From contig JBPOIO010000020.1 in NCBI GenBank assembly GCA_052034405.1, positions 9,699-73,698 on the forward strand: a stretch of DNA of 64,000 nucleotides, read 5' to 3'. Shown here one piece after another: positions 26,447 through 36,652 of this stretch; within the stretch, counting starts at the first letter, position 1, and the number at the start of each line of letters is the position of its first letter. The stretch comes from Candidatus Magasanikiibacteriota bacterium (GTDB lineage: Bacteria > Patescibacteriota > Patescibacteriia > Magasanikbacterales > UBA922). Under the pieces are notes generated by a model that worked only from the letters and a program-made list of their open reading frames with translations, ran no database searches and was not told the DNA's origin. The position numbers were made by a program, and so were the translations under genes.

Positions 26447-27451
26447 ATGAAAGTATTAGTAACTGGTGGCGCAGGTTTTATCGCCTCAAATTTTATCCGT
26501 TATTGGCTTACCACACATCCCGAGGATTTTGTGGTCAATTTTGATACCTTGACCTATGCGGGGAATTTGGAAAATTTGAAAGATTGTGAAACAAATCCAA
26601 AATATAGTTTTATCAAGGGTGATATTTGTGATCGCGAAGTTGTATTTGATGCGGTAAAAAATGTTGATACGGTGGTACACTTTGCTGCAGAAACACATGT
26701 GGATAGATCTATTTTGGATCCAGGTATTTTTGTGCGCAGCAATATTATGGGGACACAGACAGTGCTTGATGCTGTAAAAGAATACGGGAAAAGATTTCAT
26801 CATATTTCTACAGATGAAGTTTTTGGTGCTTTAACTCCAAATGATCCACCTTTCAATGAAAAAACTCCTTATGATCCAAAAAGTCCCTATGCTGCATCAA
26901 AAGCAGCATCTGATCATTTGGTAAGGGCCTACATTCATACTTTTGGAATTCAAGCGACAATTTCCAATTGTTCCAACAACTACGGCCCCTATATGTTTCC
27001 AGAAAAGATGATGCCACTATTTATTGCGAACTTGATGGAAGATAAAAAAGTCCCAGTATATGGTGATGGTATGCAAGTACGCGATTGGATTTTTGTAAGC
27101 GATCACGCAAGGGGAGTTGACGCTATTTTGCAGCATGGTAAAATTGGTGAAACCTATTGTCTTGGTGGAAATAGTGAAGTTCCAAATATTGTAATTGTAA
27201 AAAAGCTATTGGAGCTACTCGGAAAAGATGAATCGTATATTGAATATATCAAAGATCGTCCAGGACATGATCGCAGATACGCTATTGATTTTCGTAAAGC
27301 CAAAAGTGAACTGAATTGGGAACCTATCGTAAAACTAGATGATGGTTTGAAAATAATGGTGAATTGGTATAAGGATAATCAAAAATGGGTAGAGGATTGT
27401 CGTAGTGGTGCCTATCAAGAATATTATGATACTTGGTATAATAAAAGATAA
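26447..27451 (+). CDS. rfbB: dTDP-glucose 4,6-dehydratase
   Basis: GGAGFIASN, HFAAETHVDRSI, STDEV, YAASK, DRPGHDRRY. Confidence 0.96.
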   Translation: MKVLVTGGAGFIASNFIRYWLTTHPEDFVVNFDTLTYAGNLENLKDCETNPKYSFIKGDICDREVVFDAVKNVDTVVHFAAETHVDRSILDPGIFVRSNIMGTQTVLDAVKEYGKRFHHISTDEVFGALTPNDPPFNEKTPYDPKSPYAASKAASDHLVRAYIHTFGIQATISNCSNNYGPYMFPEKMMPLFIANLMEDKKVPVYGDGMQVRDWIFVSDHARGVDAILQHGKIGETYCLGGNSEVPNIVIVKKLLELLGKDESYIEYIKDRPGHDRRYAIDFRKAKSELNWEPIVKLDDGLKIMVNWYKDNQKWVEDCRSGAYQEYYDTWYNKR

Positions 27452-27460
27452 TTTATTTTT

Positions 27461-28333
27461 ATGAAAATACTTATTATTGGTGGGGGATATGTGGGAGAAC
27501 GCTGTGCTGCTGCATGGTCAGATGCTGTTCTTTCGACAAGTCGAGTGACGTCAAAAGAAGATGTTTTAAAGTTACTCGATGAACACAAACCCGATGCAGT
27601 GCTCAATGCTGCTGGAGTTCGTGGTAAACCAAATGTAGACTGGTGCGAAACGCATCAAATGGAAACCATTGTTGGTAATACCAAACTTCCTATTACTATT
27701 GCCGAGGCTTGCCAAGAAAAAGGCATCTACCTTTTGCATATTGGGTCTGGTTGTATTTTTTATGGAGATTCACCTCATGAAGACAAAAAATGGCGTGAAA
27801 GCGATTTGGGAAATCCAAGTGAAGTGACCTATTCTCGTACAAAATGGGCGGCAGATTTGGTATTATCTACACTTCCAAATACCGGCATTGCGCGTATTCG
27901 TATGCCAATTGACTATATTCCTTCTCCACAAAACATGATTGACAAACTTGCAACCTATCCAAAGGTTATTGATGTAGAAAATAGTGTGACGATTGTTGAC
28001 GATATGGTTGCAGTATTTCGTGCGCTTATGGAAAAAAAGGCGCCTGGGATTTTTCATGTGACAAATCCGGGGACTCTCAAACATCGAGAAATTGTTGCTT
28101 TGTATGAAGAAATGGTAGATCCAAATCACAAAAATGAATGGATTAGCAATGAGGCTCTTGTACAGCAGGGTCTTGCCACAAAAGGACGTTCCAATAATTT
28201 TCTTGCTTCAGAAAATCTTGCAAAATTTGGTATTGAAATGCGCGAAGTGCATGTTGCTATGCGAGATACTATGGAAAAATATACAAAAATGAAATTGGAA
28301 GGTAAAAAAAGTGATGAAATTTTATCTTGTTAA
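27461..28333 (+). CDS. NDP-4-keto-6-deoxyglucose 3,5-epimerase/4-reductase (NRS/ER-like, RmlD superfamily)
   Basis: NAAGVRGKPNVDWCE, GSGCIF, YSRTK, RIRMP motifs. Confidence 0.8.
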   Translation: MKILIIGGGYVGERCAAAWSDAVLSTSRVTSKEDVLKLLDEHKPDAVLNAAGVRGKPNVDWCETHQMETIVGNTKLPITIAEACQEKGIYLLHIGSGCIFYGDSPHEDKKWRESDLGNPSEVTYSRTKWAADLVLSTLPNTGIARIRMPIDYIPSPQNMIDKLATYPKVIDVENSVTIVDDMVAVFRALMEKKAPGIFHVTNPGTLKHREIVALYEEMVDPNHKNEWISNEALVQQGLATKGRSNNFLASENLAKFGIEMREVHVAMRDTMEKYTKMKLEGKKSDEILSC

Positions 28334-28336
28334 TAT

Positions 28337-29113
28337 ATGATAGTCTTGTGCTCTACCGTACATAGTCCAGAAGCTGGACTCAAGTGGTTATCAGATATTC
28401 ACCTTGAAACACTCAAAGATATTTTTGATGATATTATTGTGGTTGCAAGTCCTTTGACAGACAAAAAATACTTGCAAGAACTCAAAAACTCTGGGATTGC
28501 TGTAGAACAAAGAAAAAATAATAATATTGCAAAAACATATTATCGTGCTATTGAACTTGGATCCAAAACAAATGCAGATTATATTTTTTATTGTGATTTT
28601 GATCGTATTTTACACTGGGTGCATACCTATAAAAAAGAACTGCAAACTTTTGTGAAAACTTTACAAAAAGAATCTTTGAAAAAAAAATCAGTTCTTGAAT
28701 ATATTATTTGTGAACGAACAAAAGAAGGCTATGCTAAACATCACGAAGCATTATTTGAAACCGAACAAATTGCGAGTCGGGTGATAAATCACTTTTTGGA
28801 AGAAAAAAAATCGCATGATTATTTTGGTGGTTCTTTTATTTTTTCTGCAAAGGCCTTTAAAATAATTTTGGCAAAAGGAAAAAACGTAAATGGTCAGGAA
28901 CATTGGGGCTATTGGCCTGTGCTTTTGAAAAAAAATAAAATAAAGGTAAGTTATAAAATGTGCAAGGGACTTGAGTGGGAAACCCCGGATCAGTATAGAA
29001 AAGCAGTGGAAGCTGCAGGTGGACTAGAAAAATGGCGAGAGCAGCTCTCTTCCAAAGAAGAATGGAAGCGCCGTACTCTTTGGGCCAGGGAATTTGTTGG
29101 AAAGTTGCTATAA
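28337..29113 (+). CDS. Putative GT-A-fold glycosyltransferase-like protein
   Basis: YCDFDRILHW (DxD) and LEWETPD; located inside the sugar locus. Confidence 0.5.
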   Translation: MIVLCSTVHSPEAGLKWLSDIHLETLKDIFDDIIVVASPLTDKKYLQELKNSGIAVEQRKNNNIAKTYYRAIELGSKTNADYIFYCDFDRILHWVHTYKKELQTFVKTLQKESLKKKSVLEYIICERTKEGYAKHHEALFETEQIASRVINHFLEEKKSHDYFGGSFIFSAKAFKIILAKGKNVNGQEHWGYWPVLLKKNKIKVSYKMCKGLEWETPDQYRKAVEAAGGLEKWREQLSSKEEWKRRTLWAREFVGKLL

Positions 29114-29289
29114 ATTTTGCTTGAGAAGGGCAGCCTCAGTGAGGGGCTGCTTTTTTGTATTTGGGTTTTAGTCTTGACAAAAACAGCTATTTTATGCTAT
29201 ATTTACTTACTTTGCCTCATCCGAGGCCGAGGAGGTTTGCCCCCACCGAGTGGAAGAGGGGTTTACAAAGACAGGAAGGAGCTTCCATA

Positions 29290-29907
29290 ATGGAGCCCAA
29301 GCCCCAGAGCTGGCAGGAGTGGCTGGTGTTCCGCCAAGCTGCTTCGATGATGACTGTGGCTCGCATCCCGCTCACGGAGGTCCGTGGGTGGGGGATGCAG
29401 CAGGCGGGTGACTTCGCTCGTCCCGATGGGAAATTTTGGGCTCTCAAGGGAGTCCAGGTTTCTCTCGCGGGGCGAGAGGTATCGACCTGGGACCAGCCCC
29501 TCATCGAGGAGTATGGTCAGGGGGTCGTGGTGCTGGTCATTGACCCGACGCAGGATCGCTTCCTGCTTCGGGCAAAGGCCGAGCCCGGCAACGCGGCACT
29601 GGGTTGTGTGGCGCTTGCGCCCACGATTCAGTGCAGTCAGTCGAACCTCACCCAGGTCCACGGCGGCAAGCGGCCGCCGCGGGTCGAGCTCCTCGATGGG
29701 AAGGAGATCGACTGGATCCGCATCCTCCAGGATGGGGGGAAGTTCTACTGCAAGTTGAACATCTATCACATCCTCTACCTTTCCCACGAAGAGGTGGGCG
29801 TGCTCAGCGTGGATGAACGTTGGTTCACGCGCCGGGAGATCCAAGAGGCCTTTCTCGCGGGGGTGGTGAACAGCCACCTCGCCGAGGTCCTTGGCCTGCT
29901 CATCTGA
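29290..29907 (+). CDS. NDP-hexose 2,3-dehydratase family protein (single domain, GC-rich)
   Basis: REVSTWDQPLI, AKAEPGN, LAPTIQCSQSN, QDGGKFY..LN motifs; AAGGAG Shine-Dalgarno before ATG 29290. Confidence 0.82.
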   Translation: MEPKPQSWQEWLVFRQAASMMTVARIPLTEVRGWGMQQAGDFARPDGKFWALKGVQVSLAGREVSTWDQPLIEEYGQGVVVLVIDPTQDRFLLRAKAEPGNAALGCVALAPTIQCSQSNLTQVHGGKRPPRVELLDGKEIDWIRILQDGGKFYCKLNIYHILYLSHEEVGVLSVDERWFTRREIQEAFLAGVVNSHLAEVLGLLI

Positions 29908-30043
29908 GCAGCCTAGGACGGCTCTCGAAATAGCGCAGTTCTATGCGTGCCCCTGACAATTTTGTCGGGGAAGAGGGCTTCAAGATAGCCCTAGAGAGGC
30001 CCGGAGTGATCCTTGGGAGGGAATCACAAGAATTCGGGCATGC

Positions 30044-30075
30044 AAAAAGCAGCTTTGTACAAAGGCTGTTTTTTT
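30044..30075 (+). terminator. Intrinsic terminator closing the GC-rich cassette
   Basis: aaaaagcagctttg-ta-caaaggctgttttttt. Confidence 0.8.
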
Positions 30076-30119
30076 ATTGCTTTTTTTTTGCTTTTTCGCT
30101 ATGATAGCTTCATATTTCT

Positions 30120-31001
30120 ATGAATGAAAACCCAAAAGTACAATTGACGCTTATTACGGTGACCTGGAGTTCTGCTGCTCTTATTGAAGAACAGATTCTT
30201 TCTGTACAAAAAGCCTGCAAAAATATTCGCTATGAGCAGATCATTGTGGACAATGCTTCTCCAGACAATACGGTGGCACTTATCCGAGAAAAGCATCCAG
30301 AAGTTACTCTTATTGCCAATAGCGAAAACAAAGGTTTTGCTGCTGCCAATAACCAGGGGCTTGCTGTAGCAGAGGGTGAATTTTTGCTTTTTCTCAATCC
30401 GGACATGCGCTTGATGCCGGAGAGTCTTGATCTCATGTATGCTTGGATGAAAGAACATGTGGATGTGGGTATTGCAAGTGTGAAACTTGTTGATGAAAAA
30501 GGGGACTTGAATCAAGATGCCTTACCAAGACGTTTTCCTCGTCTTTATGAACAACTCGCATTGCTTCTCAAGTTACCACATGTTTTTCCACAAATATTAA
30601 ATGGATATTTGCTCAAAGGTTTTGATGCCAATGTGGAGCAAGAAGTTGATACGGTTCGTGGATCTTTTATGTGTATGCGTCCCGAGATGCTGAGCAAACT
30701 TGGCTGGGCCTTTGATCCTCGATATTATATTTGGTACGAAGATGTAGATATTTGCCGCGAAGCCAAACGACTTGGATACAAAGTGATGCACACACCTATT
30801 ATTTCTGCTGTTGATTATATTGGTCAGAGTTTCAAAAAACGTGATACCCTGTGGAAGCAAAAAAACTTTACAAAAAGTATGCTGACCTATTACAAAAAGT
30901 GGGAACCTTGCTATAAATGGATTTGGATTGCTGTATTTCGGCATTTTGGAATATTTCTCGCTTGGCTTGCTGATTTTGTTCACAAAAAATTGAAGAAATA
31001 A
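30120..31001 (+). CDS. GT2 glycosyltransferase (WbbL-like)
   Basis: VDNASPD, NKGFAAANNQG, LNPD, YEDVD. Confidence 0.9.
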   Translation: MNENPKVQLTLITVTWSSAALIEEQILSVQKACKNIRYEQIIVDNASPDNTVALIREKHPEVTLIANSENKGFAAANNQGLAVAEGEFLLFLNPDMRLMPESLDLMYAWMKEHVDVGIASVKLVDEKGDLNQDALPRRFPRLYEQLALLLKLPHVFPQILNGYLLKGFDANVEQEVDTVRGSFMCMRPEMLSKLGWAFDPRYYIWYEDVDICREAKRLGYKVMHTPIISAVDYIGQSFKKRDTLWKQKNFTKSMLTYYKKWEPCYKWIWIAVFRHFGIFLAWLADFVHKKLKK

Positions 31002-31006
31002 AAAAT

Positions 31007-32056
31007 ATGTTGAAATTGACGGTTCATTTGGTTACTTGGAATGGGGCAAAATACGTACCCTATCTTTTTGAATCTTTGAAAAAACAAAGTTTCAAAGATT
31101 GGAAACTCTTGATTTGGGACAATGCCTCGAGTGATGGAATGGTCGAAGCCATGAAAAAAGAATTGCTCGATTTTCCAGTACCTTATGAAGTGATTGAAAA
31201 TACAGAAAACATTGGTTTTGCAGGAGGTCATAATGTTTTGTTTCAAAAAACTGATGCAGAGTATTTTGTATGTCTGAATCAAGATATGTACCTTGAAAGT
31301 GATACTCTTTTGAAACTGGTACAATTTTTGGATGCACATTCTGATGTAGCGGTTGTTTCTCCACGACTCATGAAATGGAATTTTTCACTTCTTTTGGATG
31401 AAAAAAACGCGCATGATGCGGTTTATAGTGATGAAGTGGATAGCTTGGGGCTCAAAGTTTTTCGATCTCGCAGAGTGATAGAACAGTACGGACAGGAAAA
31501 GTGGCAAGATCTCAAAAAAATATTTCCTTCTCATTTTTTGGAGGTGTTTGGTGTTTCGGGGGCCTTTCCTTTGTTTCGTCGCTCAAGTATTTCACAAATC
31601 ACTTTTAAAGATAATAGTTTTTTTGATGCTTCGTATCATTCTTATAAAGAAGATGTGGATTTGGCATATCGTTTGCGTTCAGCTGGCTTCAAGGCCTTTG
31701 TGCATCTTGATGCCGTGGTCTATCACGATCGTTCAGCTGCTGGTCCAAAAGAAGAATCAGACGTCGCAGCACTTCAAAATAAAAAAACTCAATCGAGTTG
31801 GGTGAAATATCATAGCTATAAAAATCATTTGATGACTTTGTATAAAAATGAATATTGGCAAAATTTTATTCTTGATTTTCCATATATTGTATGGTATGAA
31901 TTCAAGAAGTTTGTATACTTTCTTTTGAGGGAAAGAAAAATTCTTGGGGGACTTCAAGAAATATATACTATGCGTCGTGAGTTGAAACAAAAGAAAAATT
32001 TGATTTCTTCAAAAAGAAAAATATCAGCAAAAGAAATAAGAATTTGGTGGATATGA
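31007..32056 (+). CDS. GT2 glycosyltransferase
   Basis: WDNASSD, NIGFAGGHN, LNQD, KEDVDLAYR. Confidence 0.9.
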   Translation: MLKLTVHLVTWNGAKYVPYLFESLKKQSFKDWKLLIWDNASSDGMVEAMKKELLDFPVPYEVIENTENIGFAGGHNVLFQKTDAEYFVCLNQDMYLESDTLLKLVQFLDAHSDVAVVSPRLMKWNFSLLLDEKNAHDAVYSDEVDSLGLKVFRSRRVIEQYGQEKWQDLKKIFPSHFLEVFGVSGAFPLFRRSSISQITFKDNSFFDASYHSYKEDVDLAYRLRSAGFKAFVHLDAVVYHDRSAAGPKEESDVAALQNKKTQSSWVKYHSYKNHLMTLYKNEYWQNFILDFPYIVWYEFKKFVYFLLRERKILGGLQEIYTMRRELKQKKNLISSKRKISAKEIRIWWI

Positions 32057-32898
32057 AAGATATAAATATTGTATTTGTAAATTATCTCTGCAAAGACGAC
32101 ATCATGCAAGCTGTGGATTCTGTGCTTTGTGATATCCAAAATTGTCCCTATAGTGTGCAAATAACAGTGGTGGATAATTCAGAAAACAAAGATAGTATAA
32201 AGGAGTCTCTCACTGAAAAATTTCTACAGGTGGTATATGTTGACGCTGGTGGAAATGTAGGATTTGGAAAAGGAAATACCCTTGGGTTTAAAGCGGGTCA
32301 AGCGAAGTATTATTTTGCATTAAACCGTGATACGGTGATTCAAGAAAATTCGCATACCATTGAACGGCTTATTCAGTTTATGGAGGCTCATCCAAAAATT
32401 GGTTGTATTGGTCCAAAGTTATTAAATATGGATCAAACCTTGCAATATTCTTGTTATCGTTTTGATTTGCCTTCTATTCTTATCAAACCTTTGAAACAAA
32501 TGAATTTTGATAAAAAATATAAGTGGGTGAAACAAAGAACAGATCATCTGTTGATGGCGGATTTTGATCACAATTCGGATAGACCAGTAGATTGGGTCCT
32601 GGGTGCTGCTATGATGGTTCGAGGTGTTGTAGCCGAGCAGTTGGGTTGGTTTGACGAAAGATATTTTATGTATCTAGAAGATGCTGATTGGTGTCATAGA
32701 ATGTGGGAAGCGGGTTGGCCAGTTTATTATGTCCATGATATAGTAATACTGCATCGCTATGCGCGTGATTCGGCAAAAGTTCCTGGAATTTTCAAGGCTT
32801 TATTTAAAAATAAACTTGCACGGATTCATCTGGTAAGTTGGATAAAGTATCTGTGGAAATGGCGCCATCAAAATCGTTATTATAAAACTATTTCTTAA
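32053..32898 (+). CDS. GT2 glycosyltransferase (WbbL-like)
   Basis: VDNS, NVGFGKGN, VDWVLGA, YLEDADW. Confidence 0.9.
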   Translation: MKDINIVFVNYLCKDDIMQAVDSVLCDIQNCPYSVQITVVDNSENKDSIKESLTEKFLQVVYVDAGGNVGFGKGNTLGFKAGQAKYYFALNRDTVIQENSHTIERLIQFMEAHPKIGCIGPKLLNMDQTLQYSCYRFDLPSILIKPLKQMNFDKKYKWVKQRTDHLLMADFDHNSDRPVDWVLGAAMMVRGVVAEQLGWFDERYFMYLEDADWCHRMWEAGWPVYYVHDIVILHRYARDSAKVPGIFKALFKNKLARIHLVSWIKYLWKWRHQNRYYKTIS

Positions 32899-32906
32899 TT
32901 TGAGCT

Positions 32907-34007
32907 ATGGAACACTACCCTAAAATAGCTATCGTATATCTGTCATTTCATTGTGAGCCATATATGGATGATATTTTGTCATCCCTCAAAAAATTGACCT
33001 ATCCAAAAGATAAAGTGGAATTTATTATTGTAGATAACCCACATCCACAGCATGGACCTTCTGTAGCCTATATTCAGGATACTGTAATGCCACTTTCTGG
33101 AAAAGAAATTCCTCATGTAACACTGCTCCCTCAAAAAACAAATTTGGGTTTTGCTGGAGGAAATAATGCGGGTGTTGATTGGGCTTTGAAAGAAGGTTTT
33201 GATTATGTTTATTTTCATAACAATGATGGTTTCATGGCTGCGAACTGTCTTGAACCTATTGTTGAAGTCATGGAAAAAGATAAAAGTATTGGAGCAGCAC
33301 AGTCTTTGATGCTCTTACATCCAGAAACAGATCTTATTAACAGTACTGGAAATTCTTTTCAATATTTAGGATTTGGTTTTTGTAATCAATACCGATTTAA
33401 AATAAAAGATGTTGTGCTTCCTCCTGTGAAAGAAATCGCCTATGCCAGTGGTGCTGCTCTTATGGTTTCTGTTGAAAACATTCGAAAATACGGTTCTTGG
33501 GATAATGACTTTTTTCTGTATCACGAAGATTTGGAGTGGAGCATGCGTCTTCGTATGGCTGGGTACAAGGTAGTACTCGTGAGTGATTCGGTGTTTTATC
33601 ACAAATATCAATTTGCAAGAAGTATTACAAAATTTTATTGGATGGAACGCAATCGCTATGGTACCATGCTCATGTTTTTTCGTTGGCCAACGCTTCTTTT
33701 GCTTGCTCCAATGGGGTTGGCGCTTGAATTTGGTCTGATTCTTTTTGCCATCAAGGGTGGTTGGTTTCAAGAACGAATGAAAGTATATAAATATTGGTTA
33801 AAATTGGAAAATTGGAAATTGTGGCTTGGTAAACGTAAAAAAACACAGGCATTACGTACTGTGAGTGATCGTCACTTGATGAATTATGCTGTTTCTGGTA
33901 TATATTTTCAGGATAAATCAACGGATAATCCAATTGTCAATTATATTGGAAATCCTATTATGAAAATATATTATTGGATTGTCGTAAAAGGACTGATTTG
34001 GTGGTAA
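32907..34007 (+). CDS. GT2 glycosyltransferase
   Basis: NLGFAGGNNAG, HNND, YHEDLEW. Confidence 0.9.
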   Translation: MEHYPKIAIVYLSFHCEPYMDDILSSLKKLTYPKDKVEFIIVDNPHPQHGPSVAYIQDTVMPLSGKEIPHVTLLPQKTNLGFAGGNNAGVDWALKEGFDYVYFHNNDGFMAANCLEPIVEVMEKDKSIGAAQSLMLLHPETDLINSTGNSFQYLGFGFCNQYRFKIKDVVLPPVKEIAYASGAALMVSVENIRKYGSWDNDFFLYHEDLEWSMRLRMAGYKVVLVSDSVFYHKYQFARSITKFYWMERNRYGTMLMFFRWPTLLLLAPMGLALEFGLILFAIKGGWFQERMKVYKYWLKLENWKLWLGKRKKTQALRTVSDRHLMNYAVSGIYFQDKSTDNPIVNYIGNPIMKIYYWIVVKGLIWW

Positions 34008-34019
34008 TACATTTATACT

Positions 34020-35111
34020 ATGAAAATACGAAAAGCAATTTTGACAGGTGGTGGACGTGCAACTCGTCTTCAACCAATTACAACAACCATCAACAAACAT
34101 CTTTTGCCTTTGGCAAATAAGCCAATGATTTTTCATGCTATTGATAAAGCGGTAGAAGCAGGGATTAAAGAAATTTTCATCAATGTAAATCCAGGCGATA
34201 CTGATCTTCAAAAGTATATTGGTGATGGTGGGCACTGGGGTATAAAAATACATTTTTTTGAACAAACGGGTGGTCCACAAGGTATTGCTCATGTAGTGAA
34301 CGAAGCAAAACAATTTATTGGGAGTGATCCCTTTATGTTCTATCTTTCAGATAATATTCTTCTTGGAAAGTTGAGTCAGCTCTTTGATGAATTTGAACAA
34401 GGGGATTATCACTGTATGCTGGCACTTTCAGAAGTAGCGGATCCAGAGCGTTTTGGTGTTCCTGTATTTAATGAAGCAAAAGAGTTGATAGATGTATTAG
34501 AAAAACCTTCAAAAGCTCCAAATAATTTTGCTGTAACGGGAATTTATCTTTATGGACCGAATGTGTTTTTTGATGCTTTTGATAACATTGAAAAAAGTGC
34601 TCGTGGAGAATATGAAATTTCAGATATTCACTCGTATTTTTTGAAACAAGGTTTGCGTGTAGGGTATAAAGAAATTACTGGTTGGTGGAAAGATACTGGA
34701 AAATCCGAAGATTTACTCTTGGCCAATAAACTTCTTCTCGATAATATGGAAATAAAAGAATTTCCAAACCATGGAACTGTGGCAGAAGGGGCAAAAATTT
34801 CTGGAAATGTACATGTAGGTATTGGTTCACAAATAAAAAGTACAACGACCATTCGTGGTCCTGTCATTATCGGTGAAAATTGTATATTAGAAAATTGTAT
34901 TATTGGGCCACATGTGACTGTTGGTCCTGGAACCGAAATTAGTGATGCCAGTATTGAAAATTCAATTATTCTTGATAACGCAACAATAAAAGTTCCGATG
35001 ATTATCACCGATAGTCTTATTGGAAAAAAAGTACAACTCATAAAACGAAAAGACGATACTATCCAAGGTCATAAAATGATTATTGGAGATAAAACTTTTT
35101 TTGAAATGTAA
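34020..35111 (+). CDS. rfbA: Glucose-1-phosphate thymidylyltransferase, long form with hexapeptide repeats
   Basis: GGRATRL.P, NKHLLP, RGEYEI, WWKDTG and a C-terminal beta-helix. Confidence 0.88.
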   Translation: MKIRKAILTGGGRATRLQPITTTINKHLLPLANKPMIFHAIDKAVEAGIKEIFINVNPGDTDLQKYIGDGGHWGIKIHFFEQTGGPQGIAHVVNEAKQFIGSDPFMFYLSDNILLGKLSQLFDEFEQGDYHCMLALSEVADPERFGVPVFNEAKELIDVLEKPSKAPNNFAVTGIYLYGPNVFFDAFDNIEKSARGEYEISDIHSYFLKQGLRVGYKEITGWWKDTGKSEDLLLANKLLLDNMEIKEFPNHGTVAEGAKISGNVHVGIGSQIKSTTTIRGPVIIGENCILENCIIGPHVTVGPGTEISDASIENSIILDNATIKVPMIITDSLIGKKVQLIKRKDDTIQGHKMIIGDKTFFEM

Positions 35112-35116
35112 ATATT

Positions 35117-36616
35117 ATGGAGGGGAGACTACAAAAAATAATACACTCAAAAAGCAAAACGTTTCTCGCGTTTTGTTTTTGTTTTCTTTTGGGAATTGCC
35201 TCGCTCTCTTTTGTGAATCAAAAATTTTTTGAGAGAGAAATTTTTGCGCTGTTTCTTATTGCTTTATTTGCACTGGTAATTTTGTGGAAAAAACAACCCT
35301 TTCAATTTTTTATTTTAGCAGCAATATTTTTTCTTTTTGGAATGATGCGAGTCAATTGGGCTATTCCGGAGCATGATGCAAACTCGCTTTCTTTTTATAA
35401 TGATAAAAAACAAAGCATCAGTGGATTTATTGCGGGGGAGCCAGATATTCGTCAAGATGCCGTGCATTATATTGTAGAAGCAAAAAATATTCGTACAGGA
35501 GGGAGTTGGCAAGAGGTCAGTGGAAAAATTGCAGTCAAAATGCCGCTCTATCCTCGCTACAACTACGGACAAAACATTACCCTCGATTGCAACTTGAAAA
35601 CGCCCACTCCCATTGAAGATTTTCACTACGAAAAATACCTTGCGACTTATGGGGTATGGAGTGTTTGTGAGGCCCCGCATATTCAGCTGGAATCAGGCAC
35701 AAGTGGAAACCCAATTCTTCATGCACTTTTTGCATTCAAGTCAAAATGTGCAGAACATATCTCGCGGCTTTGGCACGAACCCTATGCGAGTTTTGTGGCA
35801 GGTGTACTCTATGGGTATCGCGGGGGACTTGGAACACTGAGTACCGATTTCAATCGTACGGGGGTCACGCATATTGTGGCAGTTTCAGGATTCAATATTA
35901 CAATTATTGCCTCAGTATTTGCGGCAACACTTTTGTATCTTCTCGTTCCTCGCAAAAAAGCCTTTTGGATTGTCAGTTTTGCAATACTTCTTTTTGTGCT
36001 TTTTACAGGGGCCAGTGGTTCTGCTGTGCGCGCGGCTGTGATGGCACTACTTGTCCTGATTTCGCGTCAACTGGGGCGAACTTCGCGTATGGATAATGTA
36101 CTCATATTCACCGTCGCACTCATGTCTTTTGCAAATCCATTTACACTGATTTGGGATGTTGGATTTCAACTTTCATTTCTTTCGACTTGCGGACTCGTGT
36201 ATCTTTCACCACATTTACAAAAATATTTTTCACGCGTTCCTACATTTTTGAACCTTCAGGAGTCGCTTAGCGCAACCCTTGCTGCTATGATTTTCACTCT
36301 TCCACTTATTTTATTTGAATTTGGTCGACTTTCTGTCGTAGCAGTTCTGGTAAATATTCTTGTTGTGCCTGTAGTATCTTTTATTATGGCATTTGGTTTT
36401 GCAACACTTTTTTCTTCATTTATTTTTTGGCCACTCGCAAAGATTCTTGCATTTATTAGCTATATACTTCTTGCCTACGTTGTAGTGGTGGTACGTTTTT
36501 TTAGTCAACTGCCTTGGGCTGCGCTGAGTCTGCCACTTCCTTGGTGGGGGATGCTTGGACTCTATGCCCTGTTGATATATTTTTTAAATTTGAGAAAAAC
36601 TTTAAAAAAAGTTTAG
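35117..36616 (+). CDS. comEC: ComEC/Rec2 competence channel (OB plus Competence domains)
   Basis: GVTHIVAVSGFN, SAVRAA, GFQLSF. Confidence 0.92.
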   Translation: MEGRLQKIIHSKSKTFLAFCFCFLLGIASLSFVNQKFFEREIFALFLIALFALVILWKKQPFQFFILAAIFFLFGMMRVNWAIPEHDANSLSFYNDKKQSISGFIAGEPDIRQDAVHYIVEAKNIRTGGSWQEVSGKIAVKMPLYPRYNYGQNITLDCNLKTPTPIEDFHYEKYLATYGVWSVCEAPHIQLESGTSGNPILHALFAFKSKCAEHISRLWHEPYASFVAGVLYGYRGGLGTLSTDFNRTGVTHIVAVSGFNITIIASVFAATLLYLLVPRKKAFWIVSFAILLFVLFTGASGSAVRAAVMALLVLISRQLGRTSRMDNVLIFTVALMSFANPFTLIWDVGFQLSFLSTCGLVYLSPHLQKYFSRVPTFLNLQESLSATLAAMIFTLPLILFEFGRLSVVAVLVNILVVPVVSFIMAFGFATLFSSFIFWPLAKILAFISYILLAYVVVVVRFFSQLPWAALSLPLPWWGMLGLYALLIYFLNLRKTLKKV

Positions 36617-36652
36617 AAAAATTTGAGAATGTTTGTGCTATACTTAATTTCT

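Noticed and set aside
29263-29877. Minus-strand 204-aa ORF
   Set aside because: Shadow of the recognisable 2,3-dehydratase gene
29224-29897. Possible long-range pairing aggccgagga/tccttggcct in the second cassette
   Set aside because: Only 10 bp with a wobble in GC-rich sequence, which is expected by chance; no terminal inverted repeat like the first cassette
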